Shown here: positions 32,878 to 53,797 of the stretch, piece by piece | Numbering within the stretch: the first letter of the stretch is position 1 | How the letters are laid out: every line of letters begins with the position of its first letter | From: the human T2T-CHM13v2.0 reference genome, Homo sapiens | Length of the DNA: 64,000 nucleotides | Direction: 5' to 3' (one strand) | NCBI RefSeq assembly: GCF_009914755.1 | Contig: NC_060933.1 | Made by a program: the position numbers and the translations under genes | The notes under the pieces: model-generated | The model's database searches: none | Told to the model about the DNA's origin: nothing | The model's input: only the letters and a program-made list of their open reading frames with translations

Positions 32878-33470
32878 TGTTGGGGTTCAGAACACAATAC
32901 TCCAACAGATGGCACCTCGGCCTGCTGAATACTTTGAACTAAAGGAGATTGGAGGCTTCAGAATCAAGGGCAAGGTCGCTGACCTTCTCCTACCCTCCTG
33001 TCTCCCTCCCCTCTCATTACTCTGAAGCTGAAACCAGAATTCCTTTTCCCCAAGGCAAGTCACAGAAACTAGAGCCCCTCTTCCCCAAAGCAAGTCATAA
33101 AACCTAGAAAAGTCATTCTTTTCCTTCTCCCTTGAAGACTGTGTGTCCCACACCAGGAGAAATAAATGCAGCTTAGAGGCCAGGAAGACAGGTCTTGCTG
33201 GGTTCTTTCTCAGCCTATTACCATGAGATCATTCCTTTTTGTCCAATCACATTTCCACATGGCTGTCCCTTCTTCATGAAGCCTACCTATAAAAATAGAT
33301 GATTTCCCTGGGTCTTTGGTTCTTCATTTTTGAAAGCTCTTCTGATATGTAAAACTTTGATTAAATTGATTTGCTATACTTTTCTTTAAACTGCCTTTTG
33401 TTATAGGAGTACTGGTTGTGACCTTTCTGATGGGGAACTTTGGAAAGGTATCACCCCTTTCTGCCCTTAC
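32878..33470 (+). mobile_element. ERV1 solo LTR (MER39/MER34-like)
   Basis: TGTTGGGGTTCAGAACACAATACTCC...TTCTGCCCTTAC; related to the LTR at 22195. Confidence 0.7.
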
Positions 33471-33617
33471 TGTATAAAGAGTAAACAGGTAGTTGAGACA
33501 CAGAACAATATCATAAAATTTCTTTTGTCCTTTAGACAAGGCCTTGGCTTTTTCTCCATTGCGATTTTGATGGACTGCAAATAAAAATGGAACCTTATTT
33601 CATATATTTTAACATAA

Positions 33618-33973
<356 letters not shown>

Positions 33974-34445
33974 CTAGACTAAAAGCAGTGATCATGAAGC
34001 AGATTCTGCTAATCGGCTGTTTCTATTTCATTAGAATTTTTTGCATGGTTAACTGAGATTGTAACTGTAATTTTATTTTTTGTATTTAATCTTTTAAAAG
34101 TAATTTAGCTTTAATGTTGTACTCATTTCATAAAATGAATTAGAAAGCTTTTATCAGTTTTCAATTCTTCGGAACAGTATAGACTGCACTGGAATTAACT
34201 TCTCTTTAAAGGAGCGATACAATTCTCTTAGAAAGTAGTGGCCACCTAATATTCTGAAGGACTGACATTTTTCTTTGTCTTTTGCATGGAAGTGAGTCAA
34301 TTTAGACTTTTCTAATTTTTATAGGATTCATTTTGTTAAATTATATTTTCTTGGAAAATCATATACTTTATTAAGATTATCAAACTAATTTGAATAACTA
34401 AGCTAAATAGATTCTTACAATTCTTTTAATTTCCTCATTAGCTCT

Positions 34446-37352
<2,907 letters not shown>

Positions 37353-37355
37353 GAA

Positions 37356-38344
37356 AGAAATTTCTTCTGTCAGATAACCTAAATCATCTCTCTCAAGTTC
37401 AAAGTTCCACAAATCTCTAGGGCAGGGGCAAAATGCTGCCAGTCTCTTTGCTAAAACATAACAAGAGTCACTTTTGCTCCAGTTCCCAACAAGTTGCTCA
37501 TCTCCATCTGAGACCACCTCAGCCTGGCCCTTATTGTTCATATCACTATCAGCTTTTTTTGTCAAAGCCATTCAACAAATCTCTGGGAAGTTTCAAACTT
37601 TCCCACATTTTCCTGTCTTCTTCTGAGCCCTCTAAACTGTTCCAACCTCTGCCTTTTACCCAGTTCCAAAATTGCTTCTGCATTTTTGGGTGTCTTTTCA
37701 GCAGCACTCCACTCTACTGGTACCAATTTACTGTATTAGTCTGTTTTCACGCTGCTTATAAAGACATACCCAAGACTGGGCAATTTACAAAAGAAAGGTT
37801 TATTGGACTTAACAGTTTCATGTGGCTGGGGAAGCCTTGCAACCCTGGCAGAAGGCAAGGAGGAGCAAGTCACGTCTTACGTGGATGGCAGCAGGCAAAA
37901 AGACAGAGAGCTTGTGCTTTATTTTAATTTTTGTTGTGCATATATGTGTATGTATGTATTTATTTTTTTTTATTTTAAGTTCTGGGATACATGTGCAGAA
38001 CATGCAGTTTCGTTACATAGGTATACATGTCTCATGATGTTTTGCTTCACCTATCAACCTGTCATCTAGGTTTTTAAGCCCTGCATACATTAGGTATTTA
38101 TTCTAATGCTCTCCCTCCCCTTTCCCCCAACCACGACAGGCCCTGGTGTGTGATGTTCCCCTCCCTGTGTCCATGAGGAACTCCTCTTTTTAAAACCATC
38201 AGATAGTGTAAGACTTATTCACTATCACGATAACAGCCTGGGAAAGATTTGCCCCCATGATTCAATTACCTCCCACCAGGTCTCTCCCACAAAATATGGG
38301 AATTCAAGATGAGATTTCGGTGGGGACACAGCCAAACCATATCA
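37356..38344 (-). mobile_element. THE1 5' LTR (37732-38344) plus about 375 nt of internal sequence; L1P fragment inserted at about 37918-38175
   Basis: AGAAATTTCTTCTGTCAGATA...GGTACCAATTTAC|TGTATTAGTC...CCAAACCATATCA. Confidence 0.9.
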
Positions 38345-38719
38345 AGTCCCTAGAGTGAGTAGGTGGGTGGAGCTTATAATTACTGGATTGGAAGCTCATC
38401 AATATCTTTTAAGATTTATATGCCATAATTTGTCCAGCATCTGAGTACTTTGTAGCATGAAATGCTTCATGTTACAATGAAGTATTAGTCTCACATATTA
38501 TAGGCGCTGTCTTCATTTTCTGTTGCTGCATAATGAATTACCACAAATTCTGCTGCTTAAAATAATACGAATCTATTATCTCACAGTTTTAGTTGCCTGG
38601 GCACAACAATTTAGGCGTTGTCTGAGGTAACTTAGGGTTTCTGAGTCATATTCCTCATTTTCTTCTGTCTTTCTTCCACTGCCTAATTATGAAGCCACTC
38701 CTAGTCTCAATTATAAAAT

Positions 38720-39695
<976 letters not shown>

Positions 39696-40393
39696 ACATG
39701 TTGTTTCCTAAAATTTTCTCTTGAGTTGATTTAATACTATATTATTTTATTTTGAGGGGGGCAAAAGATATATAAAGTATTACAAATATTAATTTACTCA
39801 ATGTAAATTTGGAGTGCCATTAATTGTTCCTCATGGCCTAAAAGGCTTAAAGCCCTGATAATAATCTCATTATAATAAACAACTTTGCAATACACTGAAT
39901 TGGTCCACTGACCTTTGTTTCAATTCATATGTCTTCAAAAATTCATCCCTCAATGTAAACAATCATAATAGTCTCGACAGTCCAGAGAAATGGTGTAAAT
40001 GGTGTACAAACTTCAAGAAGAGCTGTGTGTGTCTTTGTGTGTGTTTGTGTGTGATCACAAAACCTAGATATATGTTAACATGAAATATTATGGAAGAAAA
40101 TTAATTTAAGGAAGTGAGGTGGAAATGCAAACACAGAAACCAAAAGATGGAACTGTCCCCACAAATTTTAGAAATAGATTGTGTTCCAAACATCAAATAA
40201 AATCAAGCCATAGAAAGGAAGAAAATCTTAAATACACAAGTAAAATTTGCTGTTTTTCTCTCAGTCTCTATTTATTTTGTTTTCCACATGCTTTAAGTTG
40301 ATCATTGTTTCCTTTACTCAGCAATGCAGAAGAGATGAGTGATAGGAAGAAATTACCATGGCAAATCATGAATAGACTGATAACAGCTAGTGA

Positions 40394-40433
40394 CTACTTT
40401 GCAAGTAGTTATTTGAAACTACTTGCAAAGTAG
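40394..40433. repeat. Perfect 17-bp inverted repeat with 6-nt loop
   Basis: CTACTTTGCAAGTAGTT-atttga-AACTACTTGCAAAGTAG. Confidence 0.95.
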
Positions 40434-41288
40434 ACCGGGTAAAAATTTATATAACAAAATGCAAAAATTGAGTAATTAACCACTGAGTTATAAGAATTTG
40501 ACTTAACCCTGATAATTCCTGTTGAACAAGGACATTGCGTGTTCTTCTATTAATTCCTTAATCATGACTTGTAGGTTGAAAATGAGAAATGCTTCTTCTT
40601 GATAGATAAAGCACAGATCTTATAGCAACAAGAGGAAAGAACTATGGGCCAAATTTTCTTAGCTATGCTTGAAGTAAACTTTGACAACTAATCACTTTTT
40701 ATTTTATTTAAGAATTCCCAACCAGGAGTAAAAGTCCAAACCTGACTTATAAGGCATATAATTTAAAAAATAATACTGTGAAATAACTTAATACAAATAA
40801 CAAAATGTTGAAGGTAGGCATGTTAAATCCACACTATCAGATTGGGTTTTAAAGAGAAGGAGAGGAGACATCAAGCATTTAGAAATCAATAGGAAAAAGA
40901 TTGTTCTATTTTTATACCATAATGCAAAGGAGGCAGAATGATTTTAAGAACACTGAAGTTAAAAGCAATTAACTTGGTAAAATAAAATATAGGTAGGTAG
41001 ATAATCAGATATATGTAAAAACAAACTTCAAAAATTATTTTAACATCATAATTTTAGATAAATTGAATCAGTGGCTTATTCTTGAAGGTATAGTAGCAAA
41101 TGAGATGACTGTTAAGTAACTATCAAACAACTTTTTGTTTGACATAGTTGAAGTCAGTACCATCTGTGTGCAAGAGACACCGTTCCTATCACACAGATAG
41201 CATGGGAAACACCTGCCTGCATGATTCAATTACCTCACACCAGGTCCCTCCCACAACAAGTAGAAATTCAAGATGAGATTTGGGTGGG

Positions 41289-41812
41289 TGTGAGAAATCT
41301 ACTCATCCATCCAAACCCAAAGAATGGACTTAGAGGCATGAAGAACAGCGAAAGTGAGACTTAATAATGGTCTTGCAAGATTGGGTGTCTGGTAGGTAGG
41401 TACATCTGGGGCAGTCACAACAAGTAATTTATCTTCTAGTACGCAAGTCCCTCCCCAAGTTCCTCATTGGTTGAGTGCTATGGGGTTACAATTTTCCTGG
41501 ATGTCACCTAAGTTTCATTATCCCCCTTATAAGGTTATATCCCGGTCCTCTTTCTTGCTTGTTTCAATTTCCCAATAATGAAACTTTTTTCCCTTTTATG
41601 GGCTAACCCCTCCTTTTCATTGTTTGCTTACTGTGACCTTCTAGGTGCATGAGCAGTGCGGTTTGTTAAATTTGCAGGCTGGCTTCCAGTACTTTTGATT
41701 TATCATGCCTTGAAAATGGACCATTTAAAATGGTTTCTCATAAATTCCCTCCTCTTTTCTATTTACTTCCTTCGGTCTTCTTTTTATTTAAGCCCTTTTG
41801 GTCTTTGAATCA
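41289..41812 (-). mobile_element. ERV 3' LTR with polypurine tract and about 70 nt of internal sequence, inserted in a THE1 LTR fragment (about 41200-41836)
   Basis: TGTGAGAAA...GGTTTCTCA, then TAAATTCCCTCCTCTTTTCT (PPT on the minus strand); flanked by GTGGG / CTGGG. Confidence 0.7.
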
Positions 41813-42079
41813 CTGGGGACACAGCCAAACCATATCAGCATTTAAACACTGTTTCCTTATTATGTAATCTGGATAATAAAACTCGCTCTTTCTACATTAT
41901 GCCACATAAAATGGAAGTATAGATGTGACACTGTCATTAAATCTGTGAATTATATGTCATTATTTTTCTAAAACACATAAATCATAGTGAAGTTATTCCA
42001 TCTCAGAGACGGCCCATTTAACTATAATAAACTTCTGGGTATTCATTATATAGTGTATTTTTTATCATCAAATCACTGA

Positions 42080-42950
<871 letters not shown>

Positions 42951-43854
42951 GTCATTTATAGGAGTCTGCCCCAGTACTGCACTGCATATGCCACATTGAT
43001 TAATGGCAAACACCACTTGGGCCCTATTTCCTGCACATCGAACTTGTAATACAGCATGCTCTGCCATGATGGGGACAGTACGAGATAGTTCATTATGGGA
43101 AGACATGAGAACCTCCTTTATCTTGAACATGAGATGGAGATGTGGAGATGTCAGGAAAATTAACAGAAAGCAAGCGACTTCTTTACTGAGATCTGGAGAA
43201 TGAAAAGAATCAGGTAGTAAGGAAATGATAGGTGGGTGTAAAGGGAATGTGGCAGGTGTCTGAGGTGGTGTGGGCAGAGCCCATGAAGCTAGAAAAATCA
43301 TTCTTGTTCAGAGCGAAAATTGATTCAGTGTTTCTGAATAGTTGAATATTCTGCTCCATGAACTGCTTCCGAGTCTGGAAGGGGCATGGAATATGAGATG
43401 ACATTGAAGATCAACTCGGGCATAAAGAATTTGTGATTTAATCCACAGGCAAGGAGGAGCTCTTACAGTATCTGAGGGGCACATTTAAGAGCAAGACAGA
43501 TTATTTTTCAGAGAATCTGCTGTACATTTTGGAAGGATACCCCTGACTGCAGTGTGATTCCAACATGAAGGGACTTGAGGCAGGTGGCGTACATAGGATG
43601 CAGAAACTTATGCCAAGGATGATGGCACCCTAAGCAAGATGCCAGCCATCCAGACAGAGAAAAGTGGGCACATTCAAAATGTATTAAGAATGTGGCATCC
43701 ACAGGGCTTAGAGTGCCACTGAGCGTCAACAGTCTGGAATATGTGTTTTAGCAACTGATAGGATGTTGCTGTCAAGATAGGGGGCGCTAGAGAATAAGAC
43801 AGCTTTGGACGAGAACAAAGGAGGTAATACTGGTTTCAAATAGACTGAGTATTG

Positions 43855-44139
43855 CACGCCTGTAATCCGGGCACTTTGGGAGGCCGAGGGGGCGTGGGGG
43901 TGGATCACCTGACGTCAGGAGTTCGAGACCAGCCTGGCCAATATGGTGAAACCCCGTCTCTACTAAAAATACAAAAATTAGCCAAGCACGGAGGCAGCTC
44001 ACCTGTAATCCCAGCTACTCTGAGGCTGAGGCAGGAGAATCGCTAGAACCCAGGAGACAGAAGTTGCAAAGGTTGCAGTGAGCCAAGATTGTGTCACTGC
44101 ACTCCAGCCTGGGTGATTCCGTCTCAAACAAACAAACAA
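43855..44139 (+). mobile_element. Alu, 5'-truncated
   Basis: TSD AAATAGACTGAGTATT. Confidence 0.9.
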
Positions 44140-44551
44140 ATAGACTGAGTATTAATGGTCCGTGGCTCATGCAAGTGGAGGTGTCTGGTTAGCAGTTTGA
44201 TATGAAAGACTGAGATCCAGAGAGATCTCATAACTTGGGAATATGTTTTACTCCATACATATTCAGGTAAGACTAAAGATCCTGGGATTTTGGAGTCATG
44301 AGGGAAAGTGATATTATTCCTGAGCACTTGCTAGGAACTATCCCCAGGTTGCCTCAGGACCAGCCCCTCTCGCTACAGTAACCCCATAAAGCAGTGCCTA
44401 CACTTTACATTTTACGGGTTCGAAACCAGCTCAGTGGGACTTAGTTAACCGCCCACAGTCAAGTGTCAGCATCAAAACTGGAGTCTCACCCAAAGCCAGC
44501 TGACCCCAAAGCTCACACTCCTGTAAGATGTAATTGCTCAAGAGATCTTAG

Positions 44552-44876
<325 letters not shown>

Positions 44877-46361
44877 TCCTCGTTTTCTTTAACAGATGTT
44901 TTTGGTTAAAACTCCTGAGTTGATTTGTTTTCATTACTCAAAGCATAATACAGCAACGATAATTAAGAACAAAGGCTCCAGAGCCTTACAAAGCTCCCTG
45001 CTCACTGAACGTGGGCTCTGGGTGAAATCCCTTAACCTCATTGTGCCTGAGTTTCCTCATCTGGAAAATTATGAGTTCTCACTTCAGAGAGATGCACTGA
45101 GTGTGCATGCACAATAAGTGCTGTTTTATTTTTATTAATGTACATATTTGTAGACCACAAATGCATTTTTATAAAAGTTTCAAACAATGTCTAAGTTTAG
45201 CTAATAAATTTCTCTAAACACACCTGTGTTGTCTGGCTGCATTCTAGCATCAATGGAATATTACTTTATGCATTATTATCTGACTTCCTTTCTTCTCTCA
45301 TGTCATTTCTGTCTTGGTGATCTCTCCGTGTCACGCCGTAGCTAGGTTTCTCTCCTACTTTCTCACAGCTGCACCCTGCTAGATAGCAAGGATTCAGAAT
45401 GATTTTTCTATCCCTCACTGATAACATTCTAGAGAGTTGTCAGGTTTTTAGAAATTATTATTACAAACAGTGCCGCAGTAAACATTCTACTACATATTAG
45501 GGGGATGTTTTGTCCTTATTTGAGAATTTCTGTAAGAAAAATGCCTATGTTCTAACACCGGATGTAAAACATATAAATAGATTATGCTAGAGCAAGAGGT
45601 TCATATACTGAGTGTTTCTAAAATATTTTTTGATTTAATAGTTTATTACTTTCATTGTGTAACTGTACATGCTCCAAGTACATTCTACAGGAAAATCTCA
45701 AACACTTCAGGAAAGCAGTAAACATTACCATAATGTGATAAAATTGGTATTTTATTAATTTTAAATTATATTTCTAACACATAAGCCATATTACCCTTGA
45801 CAAGGTACTCTCGTTAGGAGTCAGACAAATTTATGAATGTGTGCAATCTCTATTCTATTTCTGTCTAGGACTATATTTCTTTAAAAACTAGTAGCTCACA
45901 TTCTTAGGAAACTAAGATAGAGAAAAGAATAGAGGTTTTCAAGTTGGAAGATCTTAATCAGTGTGGTTTTTAAAGTTTCACCTTATTAAGTTGAATGAAC
46001 AATGGGAGATCACAGTATCAATTATTCAAAAGTGATTAATGCAGGTTAAATGCCAACAGGCTGGAAGAGCACGTAAATGCATCGCTAACCTCTTAGCAAC
46101 TATAAAGATTTGTTTGTTTACATATTTCACCATATGGATATCATTGAACTCTTCAGCCTTATAATGGATATTTTGTGAATAAAATATTATTTTGCAAGAA
46201 ATAAAAAATAGTGTTTGTCTTTTAGCATTGCACGGTTGAGGCTACATTTACTCAATAGTTCAAAACAGGTAATTTAGTGCTAGGAATATCATCTCCCCTG
46301 AGCATAGCTGCAATATGCTCTATACACAGGGAACTATCTGTTTTAAGATTTGGTATAATGG

Positions 46362-46688
<327 letters not shown>

Positions 46689-47431
46689 TCATATAATGGG
46701 GCAGCTGCTTTTAACTGGAATGCAATAAATCCTCACATACTTTCGAAAGACTGACTTTGGTGAGATAGCATGCTAGGCATAGAGAGACAGGGACCTCACT
46801 TTCAGGACTGTCACAACTCAGTGCCTGACACAGGCATGTAGGCAAACCTCATGCTGGGAAGTTCAGAAAAGGGAGGAAAGAACGTGTGGCGAAGGAGGCC
46901 AGGAAACACTCCATCTTACAGCTCTGTAAATCAGAGGTCTGCCACAGTCTTTCTGGGCTAACGTCTGTGCGTCAGTCAGACTATCATAGACTCAACATTC
47001 TTTAAAGACCTGAAATTGCAAATTATTTTATTTCCTGGAGCAAAACCAGGTGCCCATCACCCATCCATCACCCAACACACATACACTTCTTTTGCAAATT
47101 GCTACAGTTACAACAAAGTTGTGGTCAATTTGCAGTAACAATTAAAGATGTCCATAGGTGTGAAGAGCTGAGGTAAGGAAAGTCACATTCTCCTTATATG
47201 AGCCTGACTCACAAAGGACTTACTGTGAAGGAAGGTGAGAGAGTCCTGGAGAGGCTACATGAGATTGCTGAGCCCTTTCAGAACCCACTTCTCAGGCATT
47301 GCTGGTTGCATGAGGTTACAGTTTATTGGACCTGCCCCATTACCTGGTGGAGCGACCTGTGCATCTCTTCGAATCTCCCAGAAAGAGATTTGGGCTCATG
47401 GGGCCTGAGGGCCTGAGAGGCTGCTCCATAA

Positions 47432-48102
<671 letters not shown>

Positions 48103-48999
48103 CACTATGGAGCACTTCTAAGGACTTTTGGGCTTTGGAGAATACCAACCTAGCAGAAATGGTTCCTTTTGGAAAGGACATTGGATGACATCAAATGCTC
48201 AGCATAAAGTATATGCTTTGGGTACCTGTCACTCTTCTAGGTGACCCTCATGAAAATTGTATGAGGAAGTTATTGTGGAGAAGCGATGAGGCGGGGTCAT
48301 AGAGAGAACAGGGACTAAGAGGGTGCAAGAAGTTGGGGAAGTTGCAGAGCTAGGTGACAGAGGAGCAGAGCAGAAGAAAAAGCCTCGGTGTTGGGAGAAA
48401 ACATGAAGAAAAAATAAGTTTTGTGCTTGGTCCTATGATATGAACTGCCTGATGCTGGTGGCATGAGGGAAGGTTGCTTTAGCTATAAAGGTACAACATC
48501 CATCAATATTCCACAGTACTCCACATTGCCTTTCTCCAAGCACTCTCCAGAGAAACAGACACCACTCATCAGTGGGAGAAAACTGAACCATTTTGTAGAA
48601 GAATCTCCAATTATAAAGAGTAAATGAATGGATCCTTTTTATACCTCAGACTCCTGACCACATTGCATCTCGACAATGATGCACCTTGTCATCATTGTCA
48701 TGTGACAGTTTTTGAATCTGGTGTTTTTCTTTCTGCAATAGTAAGGCCAATCCTGCAGGGACCGAAGTCTGTGCAATCACTGTGAAACACAGCTGGAAAT
48801 AAGGCAGGAAGAACTTACAGAGCTCAAACGTGCCCATCAGAATATTTTGAAACATAAGTTACAGTATAGGAATTCTCCCCTAAAGTCTCCAAACTGGAGT
48901 GAGAACAGCTGAATTACTTTCATAATACAAAAACATTCACAGAATCTCTATAAAATTATGAAAATTAAATTCTAAGGTGCATTTTCATAAATGAGGTGG

Positions 49000-49595
49000 T
49001 TGCTGTGTTTATTTTCTGTTGCTGCAAATTTTGCCACAGACTCACTGGCTTAAAATGATGTGCATTTATTATGTCATATGTCTCCCGATCCGTGGGAGTC
49101 TGCTTGGGGTCTCGTGAGGTTGGATTCAAGATGTTGCCTGGATACATTCTCATCTTGGAGGCTCGGCCAGGGAAAGAGCTGCTTCCAAGACCCCTCAGGT
49201 TATCAGCAGAATTTGTTTCCTTGTGATTGTATAACTCAGTACGCACCATCTTCCTAGCTGCCAGCTGCGGACCCCTCTCAGCTTCCAGAGATTCCTCTCA
49301 AGGCCTCCCCACGCGGCCTGGCATCTCAGCAGCAGAGAAACTCTCGCATCTTCAACTCTCTCAGGCTTCTCACCTCTCTGACTTCTTCAAAGCTCTGATT
49401 AAGTCAGGTGCACCTCTGATTAAGTCAATGCATTCAAATAATATCCCTATCTTAGGGACAATTGTGCCATACAAATGACCTAATTACAGGAGTCAAACAC
49501 ATTATATTCATGGTTCCCGGGGTTAGGCAGTGTTTGTATGCCAGGTGGATGGGATATCGCCTTGGGAGCGCCATCTTTAGAATCCTGCCTACCAC
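49000..49595 (-). mobile_element. MLT1-type LTR
   Basis: TTTTCTGTTGCTGC...GAATTTGTTTCCTTGTGATTGTA...TAGAATCCTGCCTACCACA. Confidence 0.75.
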
Positions 49596-51212
49596 AAATC
49601 CCAATTCTATAACACAAAAGGCCTGAGGGCTTCAGCACCATCACAGCAGGAGGTATAAGTTTCCCAGATACCCAAAGGTATCCGCTGTCTGTCTCCACCT
49701 AACATCCCATGTTCATACCAGGTGGTGAAAAATCCACTCGTCATCCATACCATTCAGAAGCATACAGCCTGGATTTTGTCATTCTAGTTCTTGTCACTGT
49801 GTTTGAGCACATACTAGCTAGAGAAGCTCTTTCATCATCAGCTCTACACAGTGCAATCCTCAAAATGCCCACCGTTATCCAGAGGTTACCAATCTCTCTC
49901 TTTTAATTACACTTAAACTAGCAGAAATCTTCTTCATATCATTAACCCAAATGGAGAAAAGAAAGCTAGAAAATTATACATCTATTTTTCCACCAAAAGA
50001 AAAGAAAAAGAACATTTTCCTCCCACATTTATTGTGCCTTCAAGTGGTTATAGCAACCTGTTAAGATCAGCCAGTGTCGTTAAACTGCTTCCCAGCGAAT
50101 ACAGCCAGTGAAGCTGAAAGAGATAATAAAGTTTCTTAGGAGACCGACTACTACACTGGCTTGACACTTGCTCCATACAGAAGAAAAAATAAATCAGTAG
50201 TTACACCTCCAGCAGCTACTGACTAGACATCCTTGCGTTAAGGGTGGGAAATTCAATATACAAAGAAGCAAAGTGTTGACAATAAAAAGAAAGTAAAAAC
50301 TGAAAGAAAATTGTAATTGGATTGAATGTGGCTAAAATCAAGATATGAAAAAGCAGAAAACAAAGCCAATTCAAACTCTGAAGAAAGAATAAATGAGAAA
50401 ATAAATGAAAAAAATTAATTGGCTCAGCAAGTCATGACTAGAAAAAATTAACATTATTAAATTATTCTACCTTCGGGCATGGAATAAAATGAAGATGTAA
50501 GTATTCATGTTAATTTCAGTCTATTTCTGAATGGTAAATTGCTTTCTCCTTCTTCCTCTTTTTATGTTTAGGTCTGGGAAATTTGTTTGGAATTAGCAAC
50601 CTGGGATGAGGTTTATTAAGACAGAATGACTATGAGCTTGCCTGCAAAGTGGCCGCTCCTTTCTTCCCTTCTTTTCCATCAGGTCATTCGCCCACTGAGA
50701 GGTGGTATCTATTTCTGTGCCCCCATGAATCTGCATTTGCAGATTCCAAGATTAGGACATAAGAAGCTTTTTAGCTTTTGCCTGGGTCTCGTGGAATGCA
50801 GGGGAATCTGGGGAAAGCCAAGCTCTCTACAAAAACTCTGACTAGCCCAAGACTGTCATACTGTGAGGAACCTCAAGCTTGTCACATGGAGAGGCTGTGT
50901 GGAGACCAAGTTACCTGACCAGCTCCTAGCTCTTCAATCCATAGCATTCCAGGTGCCAGGTATAGAGGTGCAGAAGCTTTCTGACAGCTTCAGCCTTGTC
51001 TGCCATCTGAGGTGCCACAAGTGAGAACTAATCTGGAGTAATCAACATCACCATCCCCTGCCATGAAATCAATGCAGTGTGTTCATTCACTAAATTAGGA
51101 GGCAGCTTGTTCTATGCAGTGGTACAGAACAGGAACAATGATGCTTAGGGCTGGGGTATGGGTTGTGAGGGAAGAAATTCCATGTCAGCAAAACTTCAGA
51201 GCATACTACATC

Positions 51213-51516
51213 TTCTGTTTGTTTGTTTGTTTGTTTGTTTTTGAGACAGAGTCTTGCTCTGTCACCCAGGCTGGAGTGCAGTGGCACAATCCTGACTCAC
51301 TGCAAGCTCTGCCTCCCGGGTTCATGCCATTCTCCTGCCTCCTGAGTAGCTGGGACTACAGGTGCCAGCCACCACGCCCAGCTAATTTTTTGTATTTTTA
51401 GTAGAGACGGGGTTTCACCATGTTAGCCAGGATGGTCTCGATCTCCTGACCTCGTGATCCGCCCACCTCGGCCTCCCAAAGTGCTGGGATTACAGGCATG
51501 AGCCACTGTGCCTGGC
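51213..51516 (-). mobile_element. Alu (AluY-like)
   Basis: Full Alu with (TTTG)n tail. Confidence 0.95.
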
Positions 51517-52199
51517 GAGCATATGAAATCTTAAAGGTCACGCAGCTGAATTTCTGAGCTTACGAAAAGGAAACCAGGTACTCAAAGAAGCTGTGACCTG
51601 CCAAAAGTCACCCAGCAAATTAATAGTGGAACCAAAGTAAAAATCAAATTTTCAGCATGTAATGTCCTTACACCACGTAAAAAAGGTTTGGGTTCCTTAG
51701 TTTGAGAAACATCAATACCCCTTCATAAATCAAGGGTATAAACTTTGCAGAAAAATTAAACTTCTTACCACCTGGCATCCAAACTGGAGTGAGAACAGCT
51801 TTGCCACATCTACATTCCCACTCCTACTCAGAAGACAGACTCCAAGAAGCATAAAACTTCTGGAGTCCTGGGGTAACCTGAGCAAAACCCGTGATAGGTT
51901 TCCAGGAAGCAAGGGCGTGAGCAGGGGTGGAGACTGAAGCCCCATCCCTGCAAGGGTCCACTCTGAACCTCAAGGCCCATAATCCTCCCCCATATTTCTC
52001 TGCTCTGCCATTTTTGGGTGCTCTGTCAAGTCCCAAACCCCTCAGTAAGTCTGTCTTTTCTTCTACTCTAAGCACCTCTATTCTTCTAGCTCACCCTTTC
52101 ACTGTGGTCCTGCCTTCCAGCTCTTTCCTTCTGTGCCCTCTGGGAACTCATTACATTTTCAAAAAGGACTATCTCAACATCATCACAGAATGCCCTTGT

Positions 52200-52400
52200 A
52201 TAGCATAGCGTTTGAGAGTATGGCTTGGAAGCAACAGTCTGGATTTCTAATGCAGACTCCACCATTTACCAGTCACAAACCTTAACAAGTCACTTAATGT
52301 CTCTGAACTTCAGTATCTTCCACTGTAAAATGAAGGTATCCATTGTGAAGATTAAATAAGATGATGCCCATAAAATGCACAGGCTAATGCCTGGCACACA
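52200..52400 (+). mobile_element. MIR
   Basis: CAAGTCACTTAATGTCTCTGAACTTCAG...CTGTAAAATG...GTGAAGATTAAATAAGATG. Confidence 0.75.
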
Positions 52401-52589
52401 CAAAAAATAATAAAACAACAAAAAAAGGGTTGACTATACATCCTCAACTCCACTGAAGCCTAGACCACCATTTTCAATGCCCTTGTAGAACTCATTATTT
52501 CCATAGTTTGTCTACCATAGCATCAGGAAACATTTCTGGTAAATTTCCATCAATTCCTGGTCACTGGTGTTCATAAAAAGAAGCAAGTA

Positions 52590-52926
<337 letters not shown>

Positions 52927-53109
52927 TCACTTATCCTTTTAGACAAATATCAGCTGATTACAGCAACCTCTACCATTTCTAGCAAGTGTCATCTTCCAAA
53001 TGGGTCATTTTCTTACATCCATCACCATCTTCTCAATTCCTCAATCTTCAATTTCCTTGTAGATGACACTTAAGTGCTAGGAACTTGCAATTCCTTCATG
53101 TGTAAATGA

Positions 53110-53797
<688 letters not shown>

